From Nemertoderma westbladi (lineage: Eukaryota > Animalia > Xenacoelomorpha), in NCBI GenBank assembly GCA_032718475.1, contig JAUCBJ010006467.1, positions 1 to 34,702 on the forward strand: a stretch of 34,702 nt of DNA. The letters are read 5' to 3'. How positions within the stretch are numbered: the stretch's first letter is position 1; the number at the start of each line of letters is the position of its first letter. Shown one piece after another: positions 22,170 through 34,242 of the stretch. Both the position numbers and the translations under genes were made by a program. The notes beneath the pieces were generated by a model. That model saw nothing but the letters and a program-made list of their open reading frames with translations, made no database searches and was not told where the DNA came from.

Positions 22170-22731
22170 TGTGATGGGATCCAGGGAGGATCCCGGTTTA
22201 TCCGGTTTTTAATCTACGCGTCCCCGCCGTGTGTGAAAGGTGAAAGAGTTTGCTGATCGTTGTATGTAGTCCTTCGGGTATAATAGCATAAATGAATAAA
22301 TGAATAAATGGAATTGACAATAGAATATTAATGGTAAGCGGAAGGCGGGTATCGAAGACGGTGATTAAAGTCCCGGTACTTCCCTAGCTAAACTAACCTA
22401 ACTAAACTGAATAAATGATACACTGATTAAATGATAGCTGCACTGATAATGTATATTGTACGGTTGGCCAAGTTACGTTACCCAGCCGGTGCCTTCCCCC
22501 CATTGGCAAATAACTCTGTTGTCACCCTTTGCCCCCCTCTGAAGTGCTTCCCTTCGCCCTTGCTATTCTCTCTCTTTCAGGGGTGTAACCCCTGACCCTT
22601 ATTGTGCGTATGTGTCTCCTTCCCACTTGGTTGGGGTGACACGAGGTTGATATTGGTAATCAACCTCGTGCTCCCAATATTGCTTAACGGCTCGCTTTAT
22701 GGGGTGGTTAGCGGAATTGGATAAGCTAACA
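22170..22731 (-). repeat. 5' LTR of element B
   Basis: Direct repeat of 9298-9859. Inr-like TCAGTT at 22410-22405 (-). Confidence 0.95.
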
Positions 22732-22736
22732 GCTAC

Positions 22737-25700
22737 ATCCTCCGCGAAAGCAAGAAGGGTGTTAGAGATAGATCTGGCGTGTCAACTAGACATAGTGGCG
22801 CTGGATCAGAAAGAGTTAGAGAGGCAGCAGGATGAGGGAACTGCGTTATTAGAGAAAGAGAGAGAGTTAGCGAGAGAATGTAGAGAGAGGGCCGAGCAGG
22901 TGGCGAGAAACTGTAGGGAGCGGGAAGAAAGAGAGATGAGTGAGTGTAAAGAGCGTGAGGAGCGGGAGGCGAAAGTAGAGAACAAGTGCAAAGAGAGAGA
23001 GGCAGTGAGGGTAGAGAGAGAGAAACGAATGAGCGTAAAGAGCGAGAGGCGAGAGAGATAGAATTAGTGAACCAAAGTTTGTGAGAGGATAGAGAGAGAG
23101 AGAGAGCGGGAAAGCGTATGCGGGATGATATGCATGCCCGGTTAAGGGGGCTTATGCAATATCAGGCTAAGCAAAAGTGCCGATTAGAACTGGCGCAGTT
23201 GGGATTATCAGAGAGTGAGGCCGGTTCGGGCAGTATTTACGAGGAGCCTGAAGTAATGGAAACGTTCGTTAATACCCCACTTACAGGCACCGGACGACAG
23301 ACCCAGGACTGGTGTAGCCGTACGGGCGGGGGGGGGGGGGGTAATAATAATACGTTAGAAGGCATTAATATTAATAGTACCGTAGTGGACAACCCTAATC
23401 AAACCTTTATTGCAGGAAATAATGTTTTACCCATTAATAGTAATTCTAATTTAAATGTACAAAATAATTCAAATAATAATAACTTTAATTTAAATGTACA
23501 AAATAATTCAAATAGTAATAACTCTAATTTAAATATACAAAATAATTCAAATAATTCTAATTTAAATACGCAAAATATTCTAAATAATAATCCCAATTCC
23601 GAACATAATAATTTAAATAATAATATTGATAACGGGGCTATTAATACTAATGTAGGAGACATAGGTGGTCCGGCCAGCGAGAGCCTGCACGGCCATGTAG
23701 TTAGTACGCAGGGAGTAGCGGGGGTGAGTCACCCCGATGGGAGTCTGCAAGGCCACGTAGTTAGGCAGGGAGCAGCGGGTTTGAGTCAACCCGACGGGAG
23801 CCTGCAAGGCCCCGCAGTAGTAGAGGGAGAGGCGGGGGTGAATAGACCCAGCCGCAGTAGAGACAATGCGTCGACTAGAGAGGGGCGTAGAAGCGAAGTA
23901 GGAGGTAGTGAAGTAAGAAGTGGCGAGTGGGGGGGGGGCTACGGGTGCCCCACCACGGAAGATTAGTGGCGAGAGGGGGGGGGGGCACAGAATGTCCCAC
24001 AAGAGGGGCGTAGAACCGAAGTAGGAGGTAGTAAAGTAAGAAGTGGCGAGTGTGGGGGGGGGCTACGGGCGCCCCACCACGGGAGATTAGTGGCGAGAGG
24101 GGGGGGGGGCAGAGAATGTCCCACAAGCATCGGAGGATAATGCGCGGGGCGAGTTAGATGAACTGCGGCAACCGATGACAGAGAATAGTAGGGGGATTGC
24201 GAGTATCCCCAGGAGTGTCCAACCGGGCAGAGAGAGAGAGATGTTGATGCCGGGAGCGGGCGAGCAAGAAGACATCAGTCGGAAGAGAGAAGAATAATAG
24301 TGGAGTTTAACCGGGAGGTCAAAGAGAGATCTCATGAGCGGGATCGCTACACTGAAGAGAGAAGAAGTGAAGAGAATAGAAGAAGCATTGCTACGAGCAA
24401 CCGGAGAGCGAAGACGGACCTCAAACCGTGGGTAGCAGAGATGGAGTTAGAGAGTCAGTGGGGTCGAACTCCGGGAGATTGCCGTCGCCCCGGAGAGACG
24501 CAGCCTGGCAAGATATACCGCACACCAGGAGAAGGGTACAGAACATACCGATACGAGGACGAGAACAGGAGAGGGGATCGAAGAGAAATCTCCCGACGGG
24601 ATATAGCTCCGATCGAGAGTATGGTGGTCGTGGGGAGGCCTTCTTGGAATATTCGAGAAGATTAAACTTCGGTCCGGAAGGACACAGGCAGACTGCAGGA
24701 CATACTGTAGGCCTTACTGCACATACTATAGGCCATACTGGAAGAGATAGTGTAGGTGATAGGGTAGCGCGAACAATAGGATTAGATCCGGAAGTCACGG
24801 CATACATACCGGTAGGTAGGCAGGAAGTGGATAGGCCTATACCGGTACCTGCACACCAGTATACTATAATATGCAGGGATATAACATATACCCAGGGGAG
24901 GGGGGAGTTATTGCCGATAGATGCATGGGCCCCAATATATTAACATCAACCCCAGTACCAAACATAACACTGGTGGGGGGGGGACAGGGTGACATTCCCC
25001 CATTGCAATATCAGCAATACACTCAACCGAGAACAAGAACATCGAACCCCCTGGACCAGAACAGATCGTGCGACACGGAGATATGGAGGGGGCCGTTACC
25101 CCCAATGATATATCCGACACAGAAGAAATCAACAGGCCCGACGGGCGGACAGCACCCAACAGGAGAGTCTGTACAGCATCCCTCGAACCCATTGGAAGCA
25201 CAGACGATGGGAATGGCAACACTTATTGATGCGCTCAAGACCAGGATTGAGCTACCACCAGTTGAGGCATTCAAATTCGACGGAAGCAGACCGGAAGAAT
25301 ACCTGCAATTCCGACCCATGTACAGCAATGAAATACTAACTAAAAACCTGACGCAGGCAGAGTGCCTAAAATAATTACAAGTGTACACGGGAGGCCCAGC
25401 GTACAACATCATGAGGCAGTATCAGGGCATCGAGGGTGGCTTCATGACTGCATGGTGGGCCCTAGACAGGGAATATGGACACCCTGCCAAGATCATCCGG
25501 CAGACCCTGAGGGGAATAACATCGGATGGCCTACAGAATAACCCTGTTTGTATGAAGACCTTTGCAAATAAGGTCGAGAAGGCGTTAATCGTGCTGAAGA
25601 TGCTAGACGCGCCATACAAACTCAATGCATCGAATAACATCACCACGATACGCAGGCACTGCCGATCTGGCTACAGAACAAGTGGAGGAAGATCGCCTTC

Positions 25701-26890
25701 TCCACCCGGGAGAAGAAAGGTGCAGAACCGGGCCTAGAGGAAATGTCAAACTTCCTCAACTATGAAGCAGAGTTGATTACAGACCCAGTCTACAGTGGGG
25801 ATAGTTTGGGGAAGGCACCGAAGACCAAATACAACAGGCCTAAACCTGAACACAGTCCGGCAGATCCATTCCTGAGAGTGAGACAGTCGCTACCACATGC
25901 GGCCACGCAGGGGACTGCTAGTCCACAGTTAGCTGGAAGTAAGGCCACACCGTGGCAGGGACAGAAACAAAATAACAACGCGAACAAATATAACACCAAC
26001 ATACCCAGTAGGCCGAGTCCAAATAACCAAAACACTAAACCGGTAGATATGAATCTAAGCGCTATATGTGAAGGTCTATACAGGGAGCGCTACAATCCAG
26101 GATACGAATGTCAATTGCATAGGGATGGAACCCATAAGACCATGAGTTGTAAGCATTGGCAAGCATTGCCTATACAAGATCGGGTAGCCTACGCGGATAC
26201 GAACGGACTATGTCACCGATGCGTGGTAGAGGGACACAAATTCGGAGAGTGTAGAGAAACACCGACAGAATATGACGAGACTGGAGGCCAAACAATGGCT
26301 ACGAGCACGACAGGAGCAAGAAGAAAGAGGAAAGTACTACTCGGGGTAGTACCAGTGAGGATAACAGGAGAGGGCGGTCGATCAGTCACGACACTGATGC
26401 TGGTCGACAGCGGAGCAGCCTTCACGCTGGTGGAGAATTGGGTGGCCGATGAGATAGGATTACAGACGAGGCCGAGTAGGATGGCAGTAACTGCTATATC
26501 GAGTAAGGATGAGGTCCTGGAGATGACGACGGGACAGTGCGAGATATCAGCAATAGCACCGGGATGTGACTATGGGGTGACCATCAACACCATTCAGATA
26601 ATAGAATCGATCAACATAAATGCCAGGCGACCAACTAAGATCGAGGTCGAGCAATACCGATTCCTGGACGATATCGATTTCTCAATACCGAAAGTGGATG
26701 TCTCTAAGGTATCCATCATAGTCGGAATGGATTGTCCAACGGCCCACAAGAGAGTAAGGACCATATTCGGAGAGAATAAGCAGTGGGATCCAACGGCGAT
26801 TCTCACGCCGTTCGGATGGACACTTTTCGGTCCAATTAAAACCAAGATTCCATTCAGGGTGTCGGAGACATCAGGGTGCATGCTATCAGG
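22737..26890 (+). pseudogene. gag: Element A gag (continued) and protease, with several stops and frameshifts
   Basis: Glu/Arg coiled coil, Asn-rich tract, ELPPVEAFKFDGSRPEEYLQF, CQLHRDGTHKTMSC, CHRCVVEGHKFGEC, LVDSGA, AILTPFGWTLFGP. Collinearity with B ends at ETSGCM (~26885). Confidence 0.9.
23879..24127 (+). repeat. ~124-bp tandem duplication within A gag
   Basis: AGAGGGGCGTAGAA..GAAGTAGGAGGTAGT...GAATGTCCCACAAG occurs twice; B has a single copy (~20375-20505). Confidence 0.85.
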
Positions 26891-27477
26891 CACCGTTGAT
26901 GACGTAGAGGAGAAACCAGAGATGGGCGATGGGGAGGTCCCATGTGAGAAGCGGCCTGGGGAAGGATACCAGGAGTTGGGTATGGATCTGGAACCACGCA
27001 TAGTGGAGTGTGGTGAAAGGATAGAGGATAGTTCCAGAGAAATACAGTCGGTAGATAAGTTAGGAGGGGAAGTAACAGCAAGAGAGTGGGCGGAGGAGAA
27101 TGGATTCGACGCGGAAGACTTAGAGACGAATGGAACAAGGATGTTCCTGGCAAGTATCGGTATGAGGATGGAGAAGAGTGGACGGCGAGATGTCCGGAGA
27201 AGTGTCCGGAGGAGATGCCGGTCCGGTTGAGAGGCATACCAAAAAGGGGAAGGTCAAATAAGAAGACAGGGTGGAAAGGGATAGGATTGGTATTATCGAT
27301 TGTGTTCTATCTATTCTTTCGATTTCTTTTCATTCTACCGCCAGGTGATGACAAGATGAATGGTGGCATTTTGCTGCCAGGGGACCATGAAGAAATCAAG
27401 AAGGCGACCGAAAGACCCGATTTTAGGGTGGTGGAGGAGGGAGAAGCAATTCCTAGAGAGTTGGAATTAACAAGGAG

Positions 27478-27612
27478 ACTGGGGCGAAGGATAAGAGGAC
27501 CTACAAGGGGGCAGTGGGAGTGTGCCTGCTGGAAGAATCGCCCTTGAAGTTTAGTCGTCCAATATGTTGGACTGAGGGGGGTGGGAATGAGGGCGAGACG
27601 CCCTTCTCACAC
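27478..27612 (+). pseudogene. Relic of integrase C-terminus and downstream UTR in A
   Basis: TGAKDKRTYKGAVGVCLLEESP matches B's IGAKDRKTYRRAVGKCCLLEGAP. It is followed by GTTTAGTCGTCCAA..TTGGACTGAGGGGGGTGGG..GAGGGCGAGACGCCCTTC, shared with B 14160-14100 (-). Confidence 0.85.
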
Positions 27613-27639
27613 ATAAATAAAATATAAATAATAATAAAA

Positions 27640-28290
27640 TAAGTAGAAAGTTAGAAAGTAATAGTAGTAGATAGTTAGATAGTAGGTAGCACTAGTTAGA
27701 AGTTAGTAGAAGTTAGTAAGAAGTTAGAAAGTTAGTAGAAGTGAGTAAGAAGTTAGAAAGTTAGTAGAAGTTAGTAAGAGTAAGAGGAGAGTTAGAAGTA
27801 GGCAGAAGATAGGGAGTGTGGTATATAAACATACCACGGGAGTAGGAGGGTACATAGTACTGTTAGAAGTAGGCAGAAGATAGGGAGTATGGTATATAAA
27901 CATACCACGGGAGTAGGAGGGTACATAGTACCGTTCGAAGTAGGCAGAAGTTAGGGAGTGTGGTACATTGGCGTACCACGAGAGTAGCAGGGTACATAGT
28001 AACGAGAGAGTTAGAGGTTGTGGGCACCGAAAGCGCCACCTAGAAAGAGGGTAGAGGGTATGGTATGTAGGTATACCATAGAAGTAGTGACAGAAGGGTT
28101 GTGGGCACCGAAAGCGCCACGTAGAAAGAGAGTGAGGGTATGGTATGTAGGTATACCATAGAGGTAGTAGCAGAGGGGTTGTGAAGGGTGTGGTATGTAG
28201 GTATTAGCAGTATTAGGGTACATAGTACCATAGAAGTTAGAAGTTGTGGGCACCGAGAGCGCCTTGTAGTAAGAAAGTAAAGACTATGTA
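27640..28290 (+). repeat. Compound tandem repeats in A's post-integrase spacer
   Basis: GTTAG(T/A)AGAA-type short repeats, then three ~70-bp units and ~82-bp units. The core GAGGGTACATAGTAC is shared with B's minisatellite. Confidence 0.8.
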
Positions 28291-28389
28291 GGCATAGTAT
28301 AGTAGTAGTAGGGTACAGGGTAAGAAGTAAGTAGCAAGGTAGATAGGATGATAGCGCAGACAGGGGTAAGACTAAGGAAAATTGGCACT

Positions 28390-28600
28390 TTGGGAGTGGT
28401 AGAGAACACAGGACATTGTGGAGCAGTGGGGATGGGCCAGCTCATGGGCCTTGTCTGCCACAAGCCGATGGACTGGGGCAAGTTCCGGAGGGAGCACTGA
28501 GCGGGCACAGGAAATTGTGGAGCAGTGGCGATGGGCCAGCTCATGAGGCTTGTCTGCCACAAGCCGATGGGCTGGGGTAAGTTCCGAGAGGAGTATGAGA
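28390..28600 (+). pseudogene. Two tandem fragments of the exonuclease ORF retained in A
   Basis: LGVVENTGHCGAVGMGQLMGLVCHKPMDWGKFRRE and TGNCGAVAMGQLMRLVCHKPMGWGKFREEY versus B's LGLVENTGQCGAVAMGQLLGLVCHKPMDWGKFREEY. Confidence 0.9.
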
Positions 28601-28986
28601 GGAGTACAAGGGAAGTATGGAGAGGAGGTGTTGGCGCATGAGGAAGTGAGAGGAGTGCAATTCAAGTGTGGGGAGCGAGCAGAGAGAGAGAGAGAGTAAG
28701 GGACAGAAGGGTCCGAGAGTGAGGTTAGAATGAGTTCAGAGTGAAAGTTTTTTAAAATTGTGTGAAAAGAGAGTCCACAATTGTCTCGAACAGAGACGTC
28801 AGATACATTGGTGCAACATAGCTCACGATTGCACCAAGGAGGGGTAGCAACATCATACCCAGGGGGGCAGCCTGGAAAGCCGACCCCGAGAAAAGAACTC
28901 CACCCCACACCCGATAGTAGATCGGGTTCCAGCGGAATTGAAGCGCACTTGAGGTTGATGCTATCTTCTCACCGGGAAGATAGCAT

Positions 28987-28995
28987 GGGAGGGAG
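28987..28995 (+). promoter_or_regulatory. Polypurine tract of A (GGGAGGGAG)
   Basis: Purine run abutting the TGT start of the 3' LTR. Confidence 0.85.
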
Positions 28996-29648
28996 TGTAA
29001 GTGGATTCAATTCCACTTCATTACCCACCAGAAAATGGGATGGTGGCATTTTAGCAATATGTTGGAGATACGAGATTAGCAATATTAATCTCGTATCATA
29101 ACCAACATTTGGGGGGGGGGGCGACACAAGCCCCTAAGCCACATAGAAAGGAAGGTTAGAGGTCAAACCACCTCGGAGAGAACACAGCTAGTAGAGGCTA
29201 GCAGCAGAGGGGAAACACTCCCAGAGAGTGCCAGGGTGAGAAGTAGCATATTAGCCAATAGGGGGGAGGGAAGCACGTGATAGGGAACAGGAGAGCATCC
29301 ATTAGGTAGCAGGCCAAGGTAGAGTAGGAGGTGAAGCAATATTAGTGTATCAGTCATATATTATGTCAGATTCTTAGATCAGTTAGTTAGTTACTCAGTT
29401 TTAGTGCAGACTGGTAACAATTATTCACCGTCATCGTCATCGGCTGTCATCATATACTATTACCGGTATCAATCATATACTATTATCTCTGTCATATATT
29501 ATTGCTATCATATATTATAACATTAAGAAACAACATCAAACTCTGATCGCTTTTCTCCAACGGCCTCGGCCAAGCTATTAGTACCATCTCAGAGCCAACG
29601 GTGACGCATATATCAATTTACCCGGTCGGGATCTCTGATCCCATCACA
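28996..29648 (+). repeat. 3' LTR of element A
   Basis: Direct repeat of 7808-8471, followed by TSD ATAAA. Confidence 0.95.
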
Positions 29649-30003
29649 ATAAATTTAATCATATATAAATATAATGGGAAAATTATCACCCCCATCGGGT
29701 ACTGGTACCGGTACCATTGTAATGCAATAGCTTAGTGCCCGGCTGCCCGTCCCACAATAATACTGTAAGGCACTTCTAATAAGGCAATACTGATAGTAAA
29801 TTACTACATACATGCAACGAAATTGAAATTTCTTTCGAGCTTTTCGTTTCGTTATGCCATCCCTGCTAACAAATACACAGCAGCATACAATGTAAGAGTA
29901 TTATAATATATGATATTTTATACAAAATTGTAAGAAATTACGAAATAATGTGTAGCATCGTCCAAGAAATCGCTATTACTTAAATACAAATGGCGTTACA
30001 AAG

Positions 30004-30189
30004 GTGTAAATGCTAGGCCGTCAATCAACAACCATTATTAGCACTAATTAATGTTAATTATAAATGAATGTAAAGGAACAGGTTACAGCGGAAGATAATT
30101 TTAACCAAAACAATAAACGAGAGTCATGAACACCGGTTTCAGTTCCATATTCAGCTGTGGTAGTTGGATAACGGCTTGGCATTTGCCAC
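30004..30189. mobile_element. Degenerate small MITE (older copy)
   Basis: Imperfect TIRs (GTGTAAATGCTAGGCCG.. / ..CGGCTTGGCATTTGCCAC). Internal sequence is similar to 30298-30520. Confidence 0.5.
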
Positions 30190-30297
30190 TTTGCATTATT
30201 TAAAACTGTTTTATAACATTATTAAAAATTAAATTAAAACAAATTCAAATGAATGGAAATCGCCCTGTTGTAATATACACAACTGCAAAATTAAAGG

Positions 30298-30520
30298 GTG
30301 TAAACGCTACGCCGACAACCATTGTTAAAACTAATTAATGTTAATTATCAATTGAGAGAAATGATCGGGTTTTTTTTTTACTTTACTTTACTTTACAGTG
30401 GAAAATTATTCTAACCAAAACAATAAACGAGAGTCACGAACTCAGGTCACAGGTCACTCAGTCACATTACATTTTCATAGTTCCCGTTGTTGGCAGTGGT
30501 TGTCGGCGTAGCATTTACAC
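30298..30520. mobile_element. Small MITE with ~24-bp TIRs
   Basis: GTGTAAACGCTACGCCGACAACCA at the left end and TGGTTGTCGGCGTAGCATTTACAC at the right. TSD unclear. Confidence 0.65.
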
Positions 30521-30636
30521 ACAAAATTAAATGAACAATAATTATATACCAGTAACAATAAATTACTCAAAAATCTTTGAAAATTTAAATTACCACATAC
30601 ATTAAACCAATTGAAATTTCTTTTGTTTCATTATGC

Positions 30637-33600
30637 CAAACTCGTTTCGACTCTGGCGAGTTCGTCCTACCTCGTTCGGACTGTATTGGGTTCGTCAAAC
30701 CTCATTCCGACTGCGACCATAGCGGGTTCGACAAACCTTGTTCCGACTGTATCGGGTACGTCAAACATCGTTTCGACTGTAGCAGGTTATTAAAACGTCG
30801 TTCTGACCATAGCGGGTTCGTCAAACCTCGTTCTGAACGGAACCATTGCGGGTTCGTCAAACCTTGTTCCGACCGTATCGGTTCGACAAACCTCGTTCTG
30901 ACCATAGAAGGGTTCGTCAAACCTCGTTCTGACCATAGCGCGTTCGTCAAACCTCGTTGTGAACACGACCGTAGCTGGTTCGTCAAACATCATTCTGAAT
31001 GCGACCGTAGCGGGTTTGTCATACCTCGTTCTGACCACGACCATAGCAGGTTCGACAAACCTTGCTCCAACCATATCGGATACGTCAAACCTCGTTCCGA
31101 CCATAGCAGCAGGTTTGTCAAGCCTCGTTCTGAACGTGACCGTAGCGGGTTCGTCAAACGTCGCTCTGACCACGACTGTAGAAGGTTCGACAAACCTTGT
31201 TCCAACCGTATCAGGTACATCAAACCTTGTTCCGACCATAGCGGGTTATTAAAACGTCATTCCGACCATAGTGGGATTGTCAAACCTCGTTCCGACTGTA
31301 TCGGGTTCATCAAACCTTGTTCCAACCATAGTGAGTTCATCAAACCTCGTTCTGAATGCGACTGTAGCGGGTTTGTCAAACCTCGTTCTGAACGTGACCA
31401 TGCGGGTTCATCAAACCTCGTTCCGACCGTGACTGTAGCGGGTTTGTCAAACCTCGTTCTGAACGCGACCATAGTGGGTTCGTCAAACCTCGTTCAAACC
31501 ACAATGGTAGTGGGTTTGACAAACCTCATTCCGACTGTATCAGGTCCATCAAACCTCGTTCCGTTCCGACCGTAGCGGGTTCTTCAAACCTCGTTCTGAC
31601 CATAGCGGGTTCGTCAAACCTCGTTCCAACGGCGACTGTAGCAGGTTCAACAAACCTTGTTCCGACCGTATCAGGTTCGTCAAACCTCGTCCCGACTATA
31701 TCGGGTACATCAAACCTAGTTCCGACCATAGCGGGATATTAAAACGTCGTTTCAACCATAGCGGGTTCGTCAAATCTGACCGTATCGGATATTTCAAACC
31801 TCGTTCCGACCATAGCGGGTTATTAAAACATCATTCTGACCATAGCGGGTTCATCAAACCTCGTTCTGAACGCGACCGTAGCGGGTTCGTCAAACCTCAT
31901 TCTGACCGTGACCGTAGCTGGTTCAACAAACCTTGTTCCGACTGTATTGGGTACGTCAAACCTCGTTCCGACCATAGCAGGTTATTAAAACGTCGTTCCG
32001 ACCGTAGTGGGTTCGTCAAACCTCGTTCAGAACGCGACTGTAGCGGGTTCGTCAAACCTCGTTCCAACCGCGACCATAGCGGGTTCGACAAACCTCGTTC
32101 CGACTGTATCGGGTACGTCAAATCTCATTCCGACCGTAGCGGGTTATTAAAACGTCGTTCTGACCATAGCGGGTTCGTCAAACCTCGTTCCGACCACGAC
32201 TGTAGCGGGTTCAACAAACCTTGTTCCGACCGTATTGGGTTCATCAAACCTTGTCCCGACCGTATCGGGTACGTCAAACCTAGTTCCAACCATAGAGGGG
32301 TATTAAAACGTCGTTCCGACCATAGCGGGTTCGTCAAACCTCATTCTGACCGTATCGGATTTGTCAAACCTCGTTCCGACCATAGCAGGTTCATAAAACC
32401 TCGTTCTGAATGCGACCGTAGCGGGTTCGTCAAACCTTGTTATGACCATAGCGGGTTCGTCAAACCTTGTTCCGACCGTATCGGGTTCGTCAAACCTCGT
32501 TCCGACCGTATCGGGTTCGTCAAACCTCGTTCCGACTGCGACCATAGCGGGTTCGACAAACCTCGTTCCGACCATATTGGGTACGTCAAACCTCATTCCG
32601 ACCGTAGCGGGTTATTAAAACGTCGTTCCGACCATAGCAGGTTCATCAAACCTCTTTTCGACTGTATCGGGTTCGTCAAAACTCATTCCGACCATAGCGG
32701 GTTCGTCAAACCTCGTTCTGAACGCAACTGTACCGGGTTCGTCAAACCTTGTTCCAACCATATCGGGTTCATCAAACCTCGTTCTGACCATAGCAGGTTC
32801 ATCAAACTTCGTTCTGAATGCGACCATAGTGGGTTCGTCAAACCTTGATCTGAACGCGACCATAGCGGGTTCATCAAACCTAGTGCCGACTGCGACCGTA
32901 GCAGGTTCGTCAAACCTCTTTCTGAACGCGACCATAGTGGGTTCGTCAAACCTCGTTCCGACCACGATGGTAGCAGGTTCAACAAACCTTGTTCCGACTG
33001 TATCAGGTTCATCAAACCTCGTTCCGATCCGACCATAGTGGGTTCTTCAAACCTCGTTCTGACCATAGCCGGTTAATTAAACCTCGTTCCGACCGCGACC
33101 GTAGCTGGTTCGACCATATCGGGTTCGTCAAACGTCGTCCTGACCGTATCAGGTACATCAGACCTAGTTTGACTGTAGCGGGTTATTAAAACGTCATTCC
33201 AACCATAGCGGGTTCATCAAACCTCATTCCAACCATATCGGGTTCATCAAACCTCGTTCCGACCATGGCGGGTTCATCAAACCTCGTTCTGAACGCGACC
33301 ATAGCGGGTTCGTCAAACCTTGTTATGACCATAGTGGGTTCGTCAAACCTCGTTCCGACTGTATCGGGTTCGTCAAACCTCGTTCCGACCATAGCGGGTT
33401 CTTAAAACGTTGTTCTGGCCGTATCGGGTTCGTCCAACCTCATTCCAACTGTACAGTCGTAGCAGGTTTGTCAAACCTCGCTCCGGCTGTAGCGGGTTCA
33501 TCAAACCTCGTTCCAACCATACCGGATTTGTCAAACCTTGTTCTGACCGTAGCGGGTTTGTCAAACCTTGTTCCGACCATATCGGATTCGTCAAACCTCG

Positions 33601-33737
33601 TTCCGACTGTAGTGGGTTCGTAAAACGTCGTTCCAACCATAGCGGGTTCGTCCAACACCAACCTCATTCCGACCATAGCAGGTTTGTCCAACCTCATTCC
33701 GATGGTAGCGGCAGCGGGTTCGACAAACCTCGTTCCA
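30637..33737. repeat. Minisatellite array, 30-bp unit with 36-bp variants (~95-100 units)
   Basis: Consensus GGGTTCGTCAAACCTCGTTCCGACCATAGC with 6-bp insertion variants (e.g. TGAACGCGACC). No unique spacers. Confidence 0.95.
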
Positions 33738-34242
33738 GCGTATTTATTGTGATTTTAAATTAGACCAAACAGAAATGACCATAACTCCGGAACCGTTATT
33801 GCAACATCACTGGGACCTTCACTAACGGGCTGAGATCGCTCCAGAAAACATTTTAATCTTTTATTCGCCGCACCAAGACCAAAGTGAATGGATCTCGAGA
33901 TATGGAGTCTTGAAAATCGACCAATCACAGCACAGAACTCTTTAACTGGTGGTTCGACCGCGATAGCGTCGTCGGCAGCATGATGGGGATGGACCTATAA
34001 ATATTTTAAGCTTTTATTCGACGCTCCAAAGTTAATAGATCTCGAGATATAGGGTTTTAAAATTTCGACCAATCACTGGCTACGTACCAATCGTACAGAT
34101 CGTACCGAGATGAACAAAAAAAATGCCGTTGCTATGAGAAAAACCAAATACTTTTCGAGAAAAATCGATTAGAAAACTTTAAATCTAATTACTAATTAAA
34201 TAATTTACATATTTTTCCACAAAAACTCCTAGCTATTAAATG

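Larger units (their letters stand above)
9298..22731 (-). mobile_element. BEL/Pao LTR retrotransposon B, full length (13.4 kb), nested antisense in A
   Basis: 562-bp LTRs at 9298-9859 and 22170-22731. TSD GCTAC at 9293-9297 and 22732-22736. Order is gag-PR-RT-RH-INT with Pao-type motifs. Confidence 0.97.
7808..29648 (+). mobile_element. BEL/Pao LTR retrotransposon A (pol-deleted; ~8.4 kb once nested B is removed)
   Basis: Direct TGT...ACA LTRs at 7808-8471 and 28996-29648. 5-bp TSD ATAAA at 7803-7807 and 29649-29653. PPT before the 3' LTR. Gag and protease are homologous to element B. Confidence 0.95.

Noticed and set aside
30637-33737. CRISPR-like array of ~30-bp repeats
   Set aside because: Units are contiguous with no unique spacers, no cas genes are present, and the context is eukaryotic.
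33850-34080. Two diverged ~80-bp direct repeats containing CTCGAGATAT and CCAATCAC
   Set aside because: Probably part of an unclassified repeat; no termini or TSD could be defined.
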